Positions 38,012 to 47,472 of a stretch of DNA of 64,000 nucleotides are shown here, piece after piece. Source of the DNA: Nitrospirota bacterium (GTDB lineage Bacteria > Nitrospirota > Thermodesulfovibrionia > Thermodesulfovibrionales > JdFR-88); the NCBI GenBank assembly GCA_021840255.1, contig JAKBYX010000006.1:35811-99810 (forward strand). The letters are read 5' to 3'. The notes below the pieces were generated by a model. The model saw only the letters and a list, made by a program, of their open reading frames with translations. It was not told where the DNA came from and searched no databases. Position 1 is the first letter of the stretch; each line of letters opens with the position of its first letter. The position numbers were made by a program, and so were the translations under genes.

Positions 38012-38713
38012 CTACCAGAATTTGGGTACCTTTATGCCTCCAGGCAGTGTGACCTTGTTTTGTTCCCTGTTTTCCTCCGTGGTTTTTGTTTTTTTGCTTT
38101 CCCCTTCGGAGGAAGGTCTGTTGCTTACATCGCTTTTCCCATGGAACAGCCCGGATGAGAAACCGAAAGTGGGCATTTTCCTGTAGCCCGCCGGTATTTC
38201 AAAGAGCGAATCCGGCTGGCTGCCCGTCTTTATATCCTTATAAATGACCATCCATTTGCCCTTCTCATCCGATACCTTTACCGGGACCTGCAGCCCCTTG
38301 TCTATCCAGGAGTACAAAACGCCTGTCCTGCCTTCGTAGTCGTACTCGATCCGGTATTTTTTAGCCACCCTGCCCTCAACGCTCTCTTCCCCCAGGTAAG
38401 TCCTTTTGACCTCGCCTTTCATCTTCTTTGCGGTGGCCATGTCCTCAGGCTTGATGGGGCGCTCCATATACGTTTTTTGTTCCGGCATGAGGATCCAGAC
38501 CACGGATTTGTCCGGCCTTGTGATGGCAACCATACCAGAGGCCATCTCCACCCGGGCTTTTTTGCCGGAGATGTAGAGCTTCCCTGTCATCTGCGGTTTC
38601 TGGTCCACATAAGAGACCATGTCCGCCGAATAGTCCAGGGCAAAGCAAAAAGAGGGAAGCAGGCAGATAAAAGCAAAAAGCATCAAAAATACCAGCGTGG
38701 TCCTGGTTTTCAT
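38012..38713 (-). CDS. secreted LolA-fold/DUF4412-like protein with charged C-terminal tail
   Basis: Signal peptide MKTRTTLVFLMLFAFICLLPSFCFA. The body resembles outer-membrane lipoprotein-sorting-like proteins. The family assignment is tentative. Confidence 0.5.
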   Translation of the reverse strand: MKTRTTLVFLMLFAFICLLPSFCFALDYSADMVSYVDQKPQMTGKLYISGKKARVEMASGMVAITRPDKSVVWILMPEQKTYMERPIKPEDMATAKKMKGEVKRTYLGEESVEGRVAKKYRIEYDYEGRTGVLYSWIDKGLQVPVKVSDEKGKWMVIYKDIKTGSQPDSLFEIPAGYRKMPTFGFSSGLFHGKSDVSNRPSSEGESKKTKTTEENREQNKVTLPGGIKVPKFW

Positions 38714-38852
38714 GACTGGAGGTCCTCCTTTGGGCGGCGTGGATACAGAAAAATGCTATCACAGACCGGTTTTGCGCACAAGCGGCACACGGGCCCGGCA
38801 TGACACTGGAAGCGATGTTAATCCGGGTCCTTTCAATTGAAATCCAGCGGAG

Positions 38853-38858
38853 TATAAT
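38853..38858 (+). promoter_or_regulatory. candidate -10 TATAAT upstream of the DUF1015 gene
   Basis: Perfect hexamer. It lies downstream of the ORF-track ATG 38800, which argues for the later TTG start. Confidence 0.3.
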
Positions 38859-38958
38859 GATAATATTTAAAACTGTTATATTATTGAGGTTCCTCCCGGT
38901 CCCCAAAAACCGCGCTGGATCTTCAAAAAAAGAAAAAACAAAGGAGCATTGCTGTCTT

Positions 38959-40218
38959 TTGGCAGAGGTCATCCCGTTCAAGGGTATCTGTTACGATCCC
39001 CAGAAGGTCGATGCCGCTGGAGTTATGGCGCCCCCTTACGACGTCATTTCGCCCGCTGCGAAGCAGGCCCTTTTTGCAAAAAGCCCGTTCAACATCGTCC
39101 ATATAGACGCCGGACAGGACCAGCCGGACGACAATGAGACCAGCAACAAATATACCCGTGCGGCATCATTGATAGATGAGTGGCTCAAGGAAGGCGTTCT
39201 TAAAGAGGCTCCGCGTCCCTGCCTGTATGCGTATGAGGTCCGCTACTCGGTAAAGGGAAGAGCAAAAAAGCTGTTAGGGGTTTTTGCCATGGTAAGGCTT
39301 CAGCCTTTGGGCCAGGGCGTATATCCGCACGAATGCACCCACGCGAAGGCGCGTTCGGACCGCCTGAGCCTTATAAAGGCCACCGGCATGAACACAAGCC
39401 CCGTTTTTTCCTTTTACGAAAACACTCACGGCCGGACATCGGGTATCCTTAAAAGCTTTTCCGAAGGCGATGTGCCCCCGCACCTGGAGGCCTCCGACGC
39501 GGACGGGTTCAGGCACAGGCTCTGGATAATAGACTCCCCCGAAGAGATAGCGGCCTTCCAGAAGGACCTTGACGGCAAGCCGGTCTTCATCGCCGACGGC
39601 CACCACAGGTATGAGACCGCGCTTGAAAATCAGCGCCAGATGAGGGAAAAGCTGGGGCTGGCCGGGAAAAACCAGGTTCAAGAAGATGCCCCCTTTAACT
39701 ACGTGATGATGTTTCTCTCCAATATCTCGGACGGCGGCCTCACTGTGCTGCCCACCCACAGGCTTTTCAAGCTCAAGGATTCCCCGGAGCTGGACATACC
39801 CCAGGCCATGGGCGAGCATTTCGAGACGCGCGAGCTTCCCGCGGGCGCGGACATCCCGGCGGCCATAAAGGGGATGAAAAACGCCTTCGGCATTTATGCG
39901 GAGGGGAAAAGTTATATCGCCTCGTACGACGGCATGGACCTGGGGGACTTCCATCCCTCGCTCCGGGAGCTGGACGTGGTCATACTCCATGAGTTTGTGC
40001 TTGGCAAAAAGCTGCACGCATCGGAGCTCGCCTACGAGATGGACCCCGCGCGCGCCCGTGAACTTGTGGATGCCGGTTCCTGGGATGCAGCCTTCTTCCT
40101 GAACCCCACCAGCGTCAATGAGGTGATGGAGGTGGCCCTTTCCGGGCAGAGGATGCCGCCAAAATCCACCTACTTCTATCCCAAGATAATGACCGGCTTC
40201 GTCATGTGCCGCGTATGA
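38959..40218 (+). CDS. DUF1015 family protein
   Basis: TTG 38959 (AAGGAG 11 nt upstream) gives M-AEVIPFKGICYDP...APPYDVISP, the usual DUF1015 N-terminus. ADGHHRYETAL motif. Confidence 0.8.
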   Translation: MAEVIPFKGICYDPQKVDAAGVMAPPYDVISPAAKQALFAKSPFNIVHIDAGQDQPDDNETSNKYTRAASLIDEWLKEGVLKEAPRPCLYAYEVRYSVKGRAKKLLGVFAMVRLQPLGQGVYPHECTHAKARSDRLSLIKATGMNTSPVFSFYENTHGRTSGILKSFSEGDVPPHLEASDADGFRHRLWIIDSPEEIAAFQKDLDGKPVFIADGHHRYETALENQRQMREKLGLAGKNQVQEDAPFNYVMMFLSNISDGGLTVLPTHRLFKLKDSPELDIPQAMGEHFETRELPAGADIPAAIKGMKNAFGIYAEGKSYIASYDGMDLGDFHPSLRELDVVILHEFVLGKKLHASELAYEMDPARARELVDAGSWDAAFFLNPTSVNEVMEVALSGQRMPPKSTYFYPKIMTGFVMCRV

Positions 40219-40333
40219 AAAGCACGGGGTAAAAAACACAAACACAAACAAAAACAAAAAACTCAAAGCATCAAAAGACGCGGTTTTTTAAACAGAAATA
40301 AAAAATCAGATAAAAACAAACAAAACAAAATAA

Positions 40334-41356
<1,023 letters not shown>

Positions 41357-41359
41357 GAA

Positions 41360-42577
41360 ATGGCAAGGGGGGCCTTTGGACAAGGCGATTTCGGAAAGCT
41401 CACCATAGAGGACGTCGAGATTAAGGGCAAGCGCGTATTCATCCGGGTGGATTTCAACGTGCCCCTGGATGAGAACATGATGATAACCGACGACCGCAGG
41501 ATACGCTCTGCCCTCCCCACCATAAACTATGCGATAGACGAAGGGGCAAAGGTAATACTCGCCTCCCATATGGGAAGACCCAAGGGCAAGCCGGACGCCA
41601 AATGGAGCCTGGCCCCTGTTGCCAGGAGGCTTCAGCGCCTCTTGAACAAGGAGGTCCTCTTCAGCCAGGAGATGCATGGCAAAGGCGTGAAGGACACGAT
41701 AGGCAAGATGAGGCCCGGAGACGTTCTGCTTATCGAAAACCTGAGGTTCGACCCCGGCGAAGAGTCTAATGACGAGAAGTTCGCGCAGGAGCTGGCCTCC
41801 CTGGCGGAGATCTATGTGAACGACGCCTTCGGGGCCGCCCACAGGGATCATGCCTCCATCGTGGGCATACCAAGGTTCATTCCCGCCGTTGCCGGTTTCC
41901 TGCTCAGAAAAGAGGTGGGTTACCTGCAGGGGGTGGTGAGCAATCCCGTCCGGCCCTTCACCGCCATACTGGGCGGCGCAAAGGTTTCCGGCAAGATAGG
42001 GGTCCTCGAAAACCTCATAGACAAGGTGGACAAGGTCATCGTGGGCGGCGGCATGGCCTTTACCTTCATAAAGGCGATGGGCTATGAAGTGGGCGATTCC
42101 CTGGTCGAAAACGAGATGCTTGAGCTTGCCGAAAAGATAAGGCAGAGCCTCATAAAAAACAACGTCAGATTTTACCTGCCGGTCGACTGCGTGGTTGCAC
42201 AGAGCGTGGAGCCCCAAGCCGAGACAAAGCTTGTCACCTGGCAGGAGATACCCAGGGGCTGGAAGGCCCTGGACATCGGGCCAGCCTCGGTGAAACTCTT
42301 TTCAGAGGCCCTGGCCAACGCCAAGACCGTCATCTGGAACGGCCCGATGGGAGTGTTCGAGCTGGACGCCTTCAGCCGCGGCACCTTCTCGATAGCGCAC
42401 GCGGTGGCCGATGCCTATGCGCTTACCATCGTGGGCGGCGGCGACACGGACCTGGCGGTAAGCAGGGCAGGGGTTTCGGATTCCATCTCCTTCATCTCGA
42501 CGGGCGGAGGGGCATCGCTTCAGCTTCTGGAAGGGAAGGAGCTGCCGGGCATAGCGGCGCTCAAGGACCGGAAATGA
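41360..42577 (+). CDS. pgk: phosphoglycerate kinase
   Basis: VFIRVDFNVP...ILASHMGRPKG...GGGDT...STGGGASL. Confidence 0.97.
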   Translation: MARGAFGQGDFGKLTIEDVEIKGKRVFIRVDFNVPLDENMMITDDRRIRSALPTINYAIDEGAKVILASHMGRPKGKPDAKWSLAPVARRLQRLLNKEVLFSQEMHGKGVKDTIGKMRPGDVLLIENLRFDPGEESNDEKFAQELASLAEIYVNDAFGAAHRDHASIVGIPRFIPAVAGFLLRKEVGYLQGVVSNPVRPFTAILGGAKVSGKIGVLENLIDKVDKVIVGGGMAFTFIKAMGYEVGDSLVENEMLELAEKIRQSLIKNNVRFYLPVDCVVAQSVEPQAETKLVTWQEIPRGWKALDIGPASVKLFSEALANAKTVIWNGPMGVFELDAFSRGTFSIAHAVADAYALTIVGGGDTDLAVSRAGVSDSISFISTGGGASLQLLEGKELPGIAALKDRK

Positions 42578-42697
42578 ACGGATAGCGAGCGCACCCCGCA
42601 GGGCCAGCTAGCGAATCCGATTAATGGAGAAGTCCGCACATTCGATGCCCAAAGGGCATAAAATGGAGGACAGCTAAACAAAAAGCGTTTTTTCTTT

Positions 42698-42734
42698 CAT
42701 ATTCCCCGGCGGTCCTGGACCGCCGGGGAATATG
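42698..42734. repeat. 37-nt near-perfect palindrome CATATTCCCCGGCGGTCC-T-GGACCGCCGGGGAATATG
   Basis: Read directly. It is flanked by a T-rich tract on the left and an A-rich tract on the right, the opposite of terminator polarity on both strands. Confidence 0.6.
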
Positions 42735-42824
42735 AAAAGAGAAAAATAAAAATCCGCGCGGGCGGATGGTTGCTGTTTCCCCGCTTTGTTTTTTGATCTG
42801 GCCGGCTTTTATCGCCGGCCTTTT

Positions 42825-43217
42825 CTATGAGAGACTTTCTACCTTGTGGGGCAGCTTCTGGTTAAAGGGCGAAATTATGCCCCTTTTCATCTCTACCACC
42901 GACGGAGTTTGACTGCCGAACCGCTCTATCAGAAACTCGGCGGCGGTCTCAGGCTTTATGACGTCCCCGCAGGTGAAGATGTCAACCGCTGCGTAGCCGT
43001 ATTCGGGCCAGGTGTGAATGCTCAGATGAGATTCCGCTATAACGACCATCCCGCTTATTCCAAACGGATTGAACTCATGGAAGGAGACATCCACTACTGT
43101 AGCTGATGCCGCTTTTGCGGCCTGTACCAGCGCGTCCTTCACATACTCCAGATCCCTAATTGCCTCGATGTTGCAATCCCTTAAATCCACTAAAAGATGG
43201 GTTCCTAAGGCATGCAA
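42825..43217 (-). CDS. speD: S-adenosylmethionine decarboxylase proenzyme (class 1, small bacterial/archaeal type)
   Basis: TTG start. LGTHLLVDLRDCN...ESHLSIHTWPEYGYAAVDIFTCG (self-processing ES site). Confidence 0.88.
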   Translation of the reverse strand: MHALGTHLLVDLRDCNIEAIRDLEYVKDALVQAAKAASATVVDVSFHEFNPFGISGMVVIAESHLSIHTWPEYGYAAVDIFTCGDVIKPETAAEFLIERFGSQTPSVVEMKRGIISPFNQKLPHKVESLS

Positions 43218-43371
43218 TTCTCTACCCCCCTTCTAACGGTAAATTAAGGGCTACCGCCCTTTATTCAAGCAGTTAAATTACATCAAAAATGCAAAAGTTG
43301 TCAAGAAAAATCATCAGTAGGCGCAAAGTATATTTTCAGGCCCGTTTTCTGCCGTACTGCCCTGTTTTATC

Positions 43372-43380
43372 TGATATAAT
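43372..43380 (+). promoter_or_regulatory. extended -10 TGaTATAAT placed 6 nt before the tlpA-like ATG (leaderless candidate)
   Basis: TGATATAAT at 43372-43380, ATG at 43387, and no SD in between. Confidence 0.45.
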
Positions 43381-43386
43381 TGCCTC

Positions 43387-43878
43387 ATGGGGAAAACCAT
43401 AGCCTTGACGCTTGCCCTCCTGCTCCTGCTGGTCATAATGATCCCGCAAGGCGCGCTGGCCCTTCAGGTGGGCGTGGCGGCCCCGGAATTCTCCTTAAGC
43501 GATGTGAACGGCAAGGTTTTTTCAGGCATAGGGTTAAGGGGCAACGTTGTGGTGCTGAATTTCTGGGCGACGTGGTGCCCCCCCTGCGTGGGCGAGATAA
43601 AGCTGCTGAACGGGCTTTATAAAAAATATGAGATGCGCGGCGTAAGGGTCTTTGGCGTCACCAAGGACACTGCAAGCCAGGTGAAAAGTTTCGAGGCCAC
43701 GCACCCCATAGATTATCCAGTTCTGATAGACTCCCATTCGACCGTGCACATCCTTTACGGCGTGATGCCCATCCCGGTCACTTTCCTCATAGACAGCAAC
43801 GGCGTGATAGTGAAAAAATACATTGGCGCCCCCAGTCAGGCTTCCATCGACCGCGATATAAAAGAGATCCTCAGGTAA
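43387..43878 (+). CDS. TlpA/ResA-family periplasmic thiol:disulfide oxidoreductase
   Basis: Signal peptide, then NFWATWCPPC thioredoxin motif. Confidence 0.85.
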   Translation: MGKTIALTLALLLLLVIMIPQGALALQVGVAAPEFSLSDVNGKVFSGIGLRGNVVVLNFWATWCPPCVGEIKLLNGLYKKYEMRGVRVFGVTKDTASQVKSFEATHPIDYPVLIDSHSTVHILYGVMPIPVTFLIDSNGVIVKKYIGAPSQASIDRDIKEILR

Positions 43879-43892
43879 GTCTGGAGATCTTG

Positions 43893-43928
43893 ACCCTCAC
43901 CCCAGCCCTCTCCCGCGGGGAGAGGGAG
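43893..43928. repeat. REP-like hairpin element (CCCTCTCCC-GCG-GGGAGAGGG)
   Basis: 9-bp perfect stem at 43906-43914 / 43918-43926. It is a 'LTPALSRGERE'-type element related to 26255-26288. Confidence 0.5.
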
Positions 43929-43984
43929 AATGATTATAATTAGGTGTCCGGAGGCGTTAATTCCATAAGTGGCAGGCTACAAGC

Positions 43985-45031
43985 CTAGTACGGGTTCCAG
44001 AGATGGCAGGCTACAAGCCTGCCGGGCTGGCCCGCGGGCTCCATAAGCCGGGGCAGGATCTTGTCGCAGGGAGCAAACCTTCTGGGGCACCTTGGGTGGA
44101 ACGGACAGCCCGGGGGTATGTCTATAGGGCTTGGGATGTCCCCTTTGGGTGCCTCTTTTTTTATCTCTTCAGCAATTTTCATCTTCTCCGGAGGCGCGCC
44201 GGACATCTCCTTTGTCCTTATGGCCGGGGCCGATGCGAAAAGCCCGGCGGTGTACGGATGGAGGGGCTTTTCAAACAGCCTCTCAGCCCCGGAGCGTTCC
44301 ACGACCTTCCCCAGGTACATCACCGCCACCTCGTCGCTCAAATATTCCACCACCCTCAGGTCATGGCTGATGAACAAAAAAGACAGCTGGTCGCGTTTTT
44401 TAAGGCCGGAGAGTATGTTCAGTATCTGCGCCTGGATGCTTACATCAAGGGCAGAGAGGGGCTCATCCGCCACTATCAGCCGGGGCGACACCGCAAGGGC
44501 CCTCGCTATGCATATCCTCTGCCTCTGGCCTCCGCTGAACTCGTGGGGATAGCGGCGGAGTATCTCCTTGCCAAGCCCCACGTCCTTCAGAAGCCCGGCC
44601 ACCTTCTGCTCGATGTCATTTTTCCCGGCCAGCCGGTGTATCCTTAAGGGTTCGGCGATGGTATCAAAAACAGTGGCCCTGGGGTTAAGGGAGGCAAAAG
44701 GGTCCTGAAAGATTATCTGTACGGAACGCCTGAACTGCCTAAGCTCATGCCGGTCCATGGCAAAGACGCTCTTGCCATAAAAAAGGACATCGCCTGAGGT
44801 CGGCCTGTCCAGCGCGGTCACCATGCGGGCAAGGGTGGACTTGCCGGAGCCGCTTTCCCCTACCACGCCAAGCACCCTGTTTTCAGCCACCTCCAGGCTT
44901 ACCCCGTCCACCGCCTTTAGCACCAGCTCAGTGCCAAAGAGCCCTTTTTTAAACGGAAAGAACTTTTTCAGCTCCTGTGCCTTTATCACGGGTTCCCCTT
45001 TTCTCAAAGGCAAGGACCTCAAAGAGTCCAT
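43985..45031 (-). CDS. oligopeptide/dipeptide ABC transporter ATP-binding protein (OppF/DppF type)
   Basis: Start ATG 45031. GESGSGKST, LSGGQRQR, and a C-terminal PPGCPFHPRCP oligopeptide-type extension. Confidence 0.88.
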   Translation of the reverse strand: MDSLRSLPLRKGEPVIKAQELKKFFPFKKGLFGTELVLKAVDGVSLEVAENRVLGVVGESGSGKSTLARMVTALDRPTSGDVLFYGKSVFAMDRHELRQFRRSVQIIFQDPFASLNPRATVFDTIAEPLRIHRLAGKNDIEQKVAGLLKDVGLGKEILRRYPHEFSGGQRQRICIARALAVSPRLIVADEPLSALDVSIQAQILNILSGLKKRDQLSFLFISHDLRVVEYLSDEVAVMYLGKVVERSGAERLFEKPLHPYTAGLFASAPAIRTKEMSGAPPEKMKIAEEIKKEAPKGDIPSPIDIPPGCPFHPRCPRRFAPCDKILPRLMEPAGQPGRLVACHLWNPY

Positions 45032-46011
45032 CTCATCTCCTTGGCGCGTATGCATCTGGAGAAATGGCCCGCGGTGATCTCTTCCAGTGCCGGTTCTTCC
45101 TGCCGGCAAGCTGGTATCGCGAAGGAGCACCTGTCAGAGAACTTGCAGCCGGGCGGAAGCCCCCAGGGAGGCGGAACGCTTCCAGGGATCGGTTTCAGCG
45201 GAGTCCCCCTTTTGTTCTTGAAGGGGATGGATTCAAGAAGTCCTATCGTGTACGGGTGTTTGGGCCCGGCGAATATCTCTTCCACGGGCGCAAGCTCCAC
45301 AATCCTGCCTGCGTACATTACGCCCACGGTCCGGGCATGCCGGGCTATCGCACCCAGGTCATGGGTTATAAGCAGAACGGACATATCCCTTTCGGCCCTT
45401 AGGGTGTCTATCAGATCCAGTATCTGGGCCTCTATGGTTACGTCCAGGGCGGTCGTCGGCTCGTCCGCAATCAGAAGCAAAGGATCGCAGGCGATGGCCA
45501 TGGCGATCATTACGCGCTGTCTCATCCCGCCTGAGAGCTGGTGGGGGTAATCGTTTATCCTCTGCTCCGGAGACGGGATCATCACGGAGCGCAGCAGGCG
45601 GACGGCCCGGTCCTGCGCCTCTTTTTTAGATAGAGGCAGATGGGCCAGCAGAGCCTCTTTTACCTGGTATCCTATCTTCAGCACAGGGTTTAGGGACGTC
45701 ATCGGCTCCTGGAACACCATGGAGATCTCTTTGCCCCTTATGGAGCGCATTTTTTCTGAAGGCAGGTTCAGGATCTCGCCGCCTTTGAACTTTATGCTGC
45801 CCTCGGCCCTGGCGCCGCCAGGCAGTATCCCCATGATGGATAAAGCGGTAAGGGACTTGCCGGAGCCTGATTCGCCGGCCAGGCCGAATATGGCGCCCCT
45901 GGGGATGGAAAAGGCCACCTTGTTCACCACTTTAACCCCGCCCTTTGCATGGGTGAAAGAGATGTCCAGGTCCTTGATCTCCAGAAGAGGAGCGTTTATT
46001 ACGTCAGGCAT
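45019..46011 (-). CDS. oligopeptide/dipeptide ABC transporter ATP-binding protein (OppD/DppD type)
   Basis: GESGSGKSLTALSIMG, LSGGMRQRVMIAMA, PPGCKFSDRC. Confidence 0.88.
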   Translation of the reverse strand: MPDVINAPLLEIKDLDISFTHAKGGVKVVNKVAFSIPRGAIFGLAGESGSGKSLTALSIMGILPGGARAEGSIKFKGGEILNLPSEKMRSIRGKEISMVFQEPMTSLNPVLKIGYQVKEALLAHLPLSKKEAQDRAVRLLRSVMIPSPEQRINDYPHQLSGGMRQRVMIAMAIACDPLLLIADEPTTALDVTIEAQILDLIDTLRAERDMSVLLITHDLGAIARHARTVGVMYAGRIVELAPVEEIFAGPKHPYTIGLLESIPFKNKRGTPLKPIPGSVPPPWGLPPGCKFSDRCSFAIPACRQEEPALEEITAGHFSRCIRAKEMRWTL

Positions 46012-46171
46012 CCTGCACGCGGTTCCCTATATATATTTGGTTTCGAGTCTGTAAAAGGGCGCGAAGACCTTCAAGAGGTGAATGCATACCAGGTTTGAGT
46101 ATAAGAAGTTGGTTTGCGGGTTGTCAAGGCTAAGGGTGGCTGTTTATTCCACTTTTAAAAGAATTTTTTTC

Positions 46172-46852
46172 TCAACGGCGGTAGTAATAAGGCCCGCCGC
46201 GATAATAGTAATTTCTGTAATAAGGGTAGCTGGAGTATGGGTAGTAATAGGGGTAAGAAGGATAACTATAGAAGTAACCCCCGTAATATGGGTATCCGTA
46301 ATATGGGTAATAATAAGGCTGATACTCCTCTCCCCTCCAAAGGTATATCTGCTCTATTCTGAACACGGGATAGTCATAACCGGTCTTGTCCAGTCTGCCC
46401 TTGCGGAGGCCCACGAACTCGCCCGCAACCGTTATTTCCAGGTTTTTCTTATATACAAGGGGGTCCAGCGTGCCGTTGGACTTTGCCCATATGGCTATGT
46501 ACCTTCCGCCTGCCCCTCCCGATGGCTGGGGGATTCCATCCGGGTCCACGGGAACATAGATCGCGTATACGTTAGAGCCTTCATCCGTCACCGTGGTGTT
46601 CACTATTATGCCTCCAAGCAGGAAAAGCCGCCCCTTGTACAGGCCTGGATTGGCCTGCAGAACGGGTATCGAGACGTCCCTTGCCGCATGCTCCAGGTAA
46701 ACCCTCCTTATCGGGCTTTCGGCGCATGAGGAAACAAAAAAAAGCAAAAAAAGCACCGCTGCAAGCAGAAACCAAATGGCCGGCGATAGCCCGCGCCAAT
46801 GCCCTGTGGCCGGGAAGGGAAAACACTTTTTATGAGCGCAGGTAGATTTCAT
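46172..46852 (-). CDS. Slp-family outer-membrane lipoprotein with ~55-aa Tyr/Pro-rich C-terminal tail
   Basis: Start at ATG 46852 and lipobox FVSSC. NPGLYKGRLFLLGGIIVNT...GTLDPLVYKK...ITVAGEF...IYLW matches Slp. The tail is YQPYYYPYYGYPYYGGYFYSYPSYPYYYPYSSYPYYRNYYYRGGPYYYRR. Confidence 0.7.
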   Translation of the reverse strand: MKSTCAHKKCFPFPATGHWRGLSPAIWFLLAAVLFLLFFVSSCAESPIRRVYLEHAARDVSIPVLQANPGLYKGRLFLLGGIIVNTTVTDEGSNVYAIYVPVDPDGIPQPSGGAGGRYIAIWAKSNGTLDPLVYKKNLEITVAGEFVGLRKGRLDKTGYDYPVFRIEQIYLWRGEEYQPYYYPYYGYPYYGGYFYSYPSYPYYYPYSSYPYYRNYYYRGGPYYYRR

Positions 46853-46868
46853 TTTTTTGTTTCCCGCC

Positions 46869-47408
46869 TCACCAATAAAATCCATATCCCCAGTAGGGAG
46901 GGTAAGGGTATCCGTAATCATAGGGGTAATACGGGTAATAGTAGTAGGGGGGGTAATAGTAACGCGCTTCACTCCACAGGTGTATCTGCACCACGTCTAT
47001 AACGGGGAAGACATAGCTTGCGGAGCCTATCTTGCCCTTCATTGTCCCGGCCAATGTCCCGGCCACGGTGATCCTTCTGTTTTGTCTGTACAGCAGCGGG
47101 TCCAGTATGCCGTTTGCCCTTGGCCAGAAGGCAATAAACCTTCCCATGCCTGATTCATTCTTGAAGTAGCCCTTGTCGTCCACGGGAAAGAAGAGGGCCT
47201 CAATAAAAGTTCCCTTGTCCGACACGGTGGTGTTGGCTATGATGCCCCCAAGGACAAACATCCGGTCCTTGTATTTCCCGGGATGGCCCGCTATCTCGCT
47301 TATGGGCACGTTCCGCAGGCCCTGTGCAAGCAGGTCCTTTTTTATTACGGGAGCAGCGCAGGCGGCAAGCAGCAGCATGACGATGAAAAGGAGCGCCGCC
47401 TTTTTCAT
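46869..47408 (-). CDS. Slp-family outer-membrane lipoprotein with ~35-aa Tyr/Pro-rich C-terminal tail
   Basis: Lipobox LLAAC. HPGKYKDRMFVLGGIIANT...GILDPLLYRQ...ITVAGTL...IHLW. The tail is RYYYPPYYYYPYYPYDYGYPYPPYWGYGFYW. Confidence 0.8.
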   Translation of the reverse strand: MKKAALLFIVMLLLAACAAPVIKKDLLAQGLRNVPISEIAGHPGKYKDRMFVLGGIIANTTVSDKGTFIEALFFPVDDKGYFKNESGMGRFIAFWPRANGILDPLLYRQNRRITVAGTLAGTMKGKIGSASYVFPVIDVVQIHLWSEARYYYPPYYYYPYYPYDYGYPYPPYWGYGFYW

Positions 47409-47472
47409 GAAAATTTTCCCGCCTTTTCCATAATTTCATTATATAGCCGGGAATTGTGAAGTCAACAACGGT

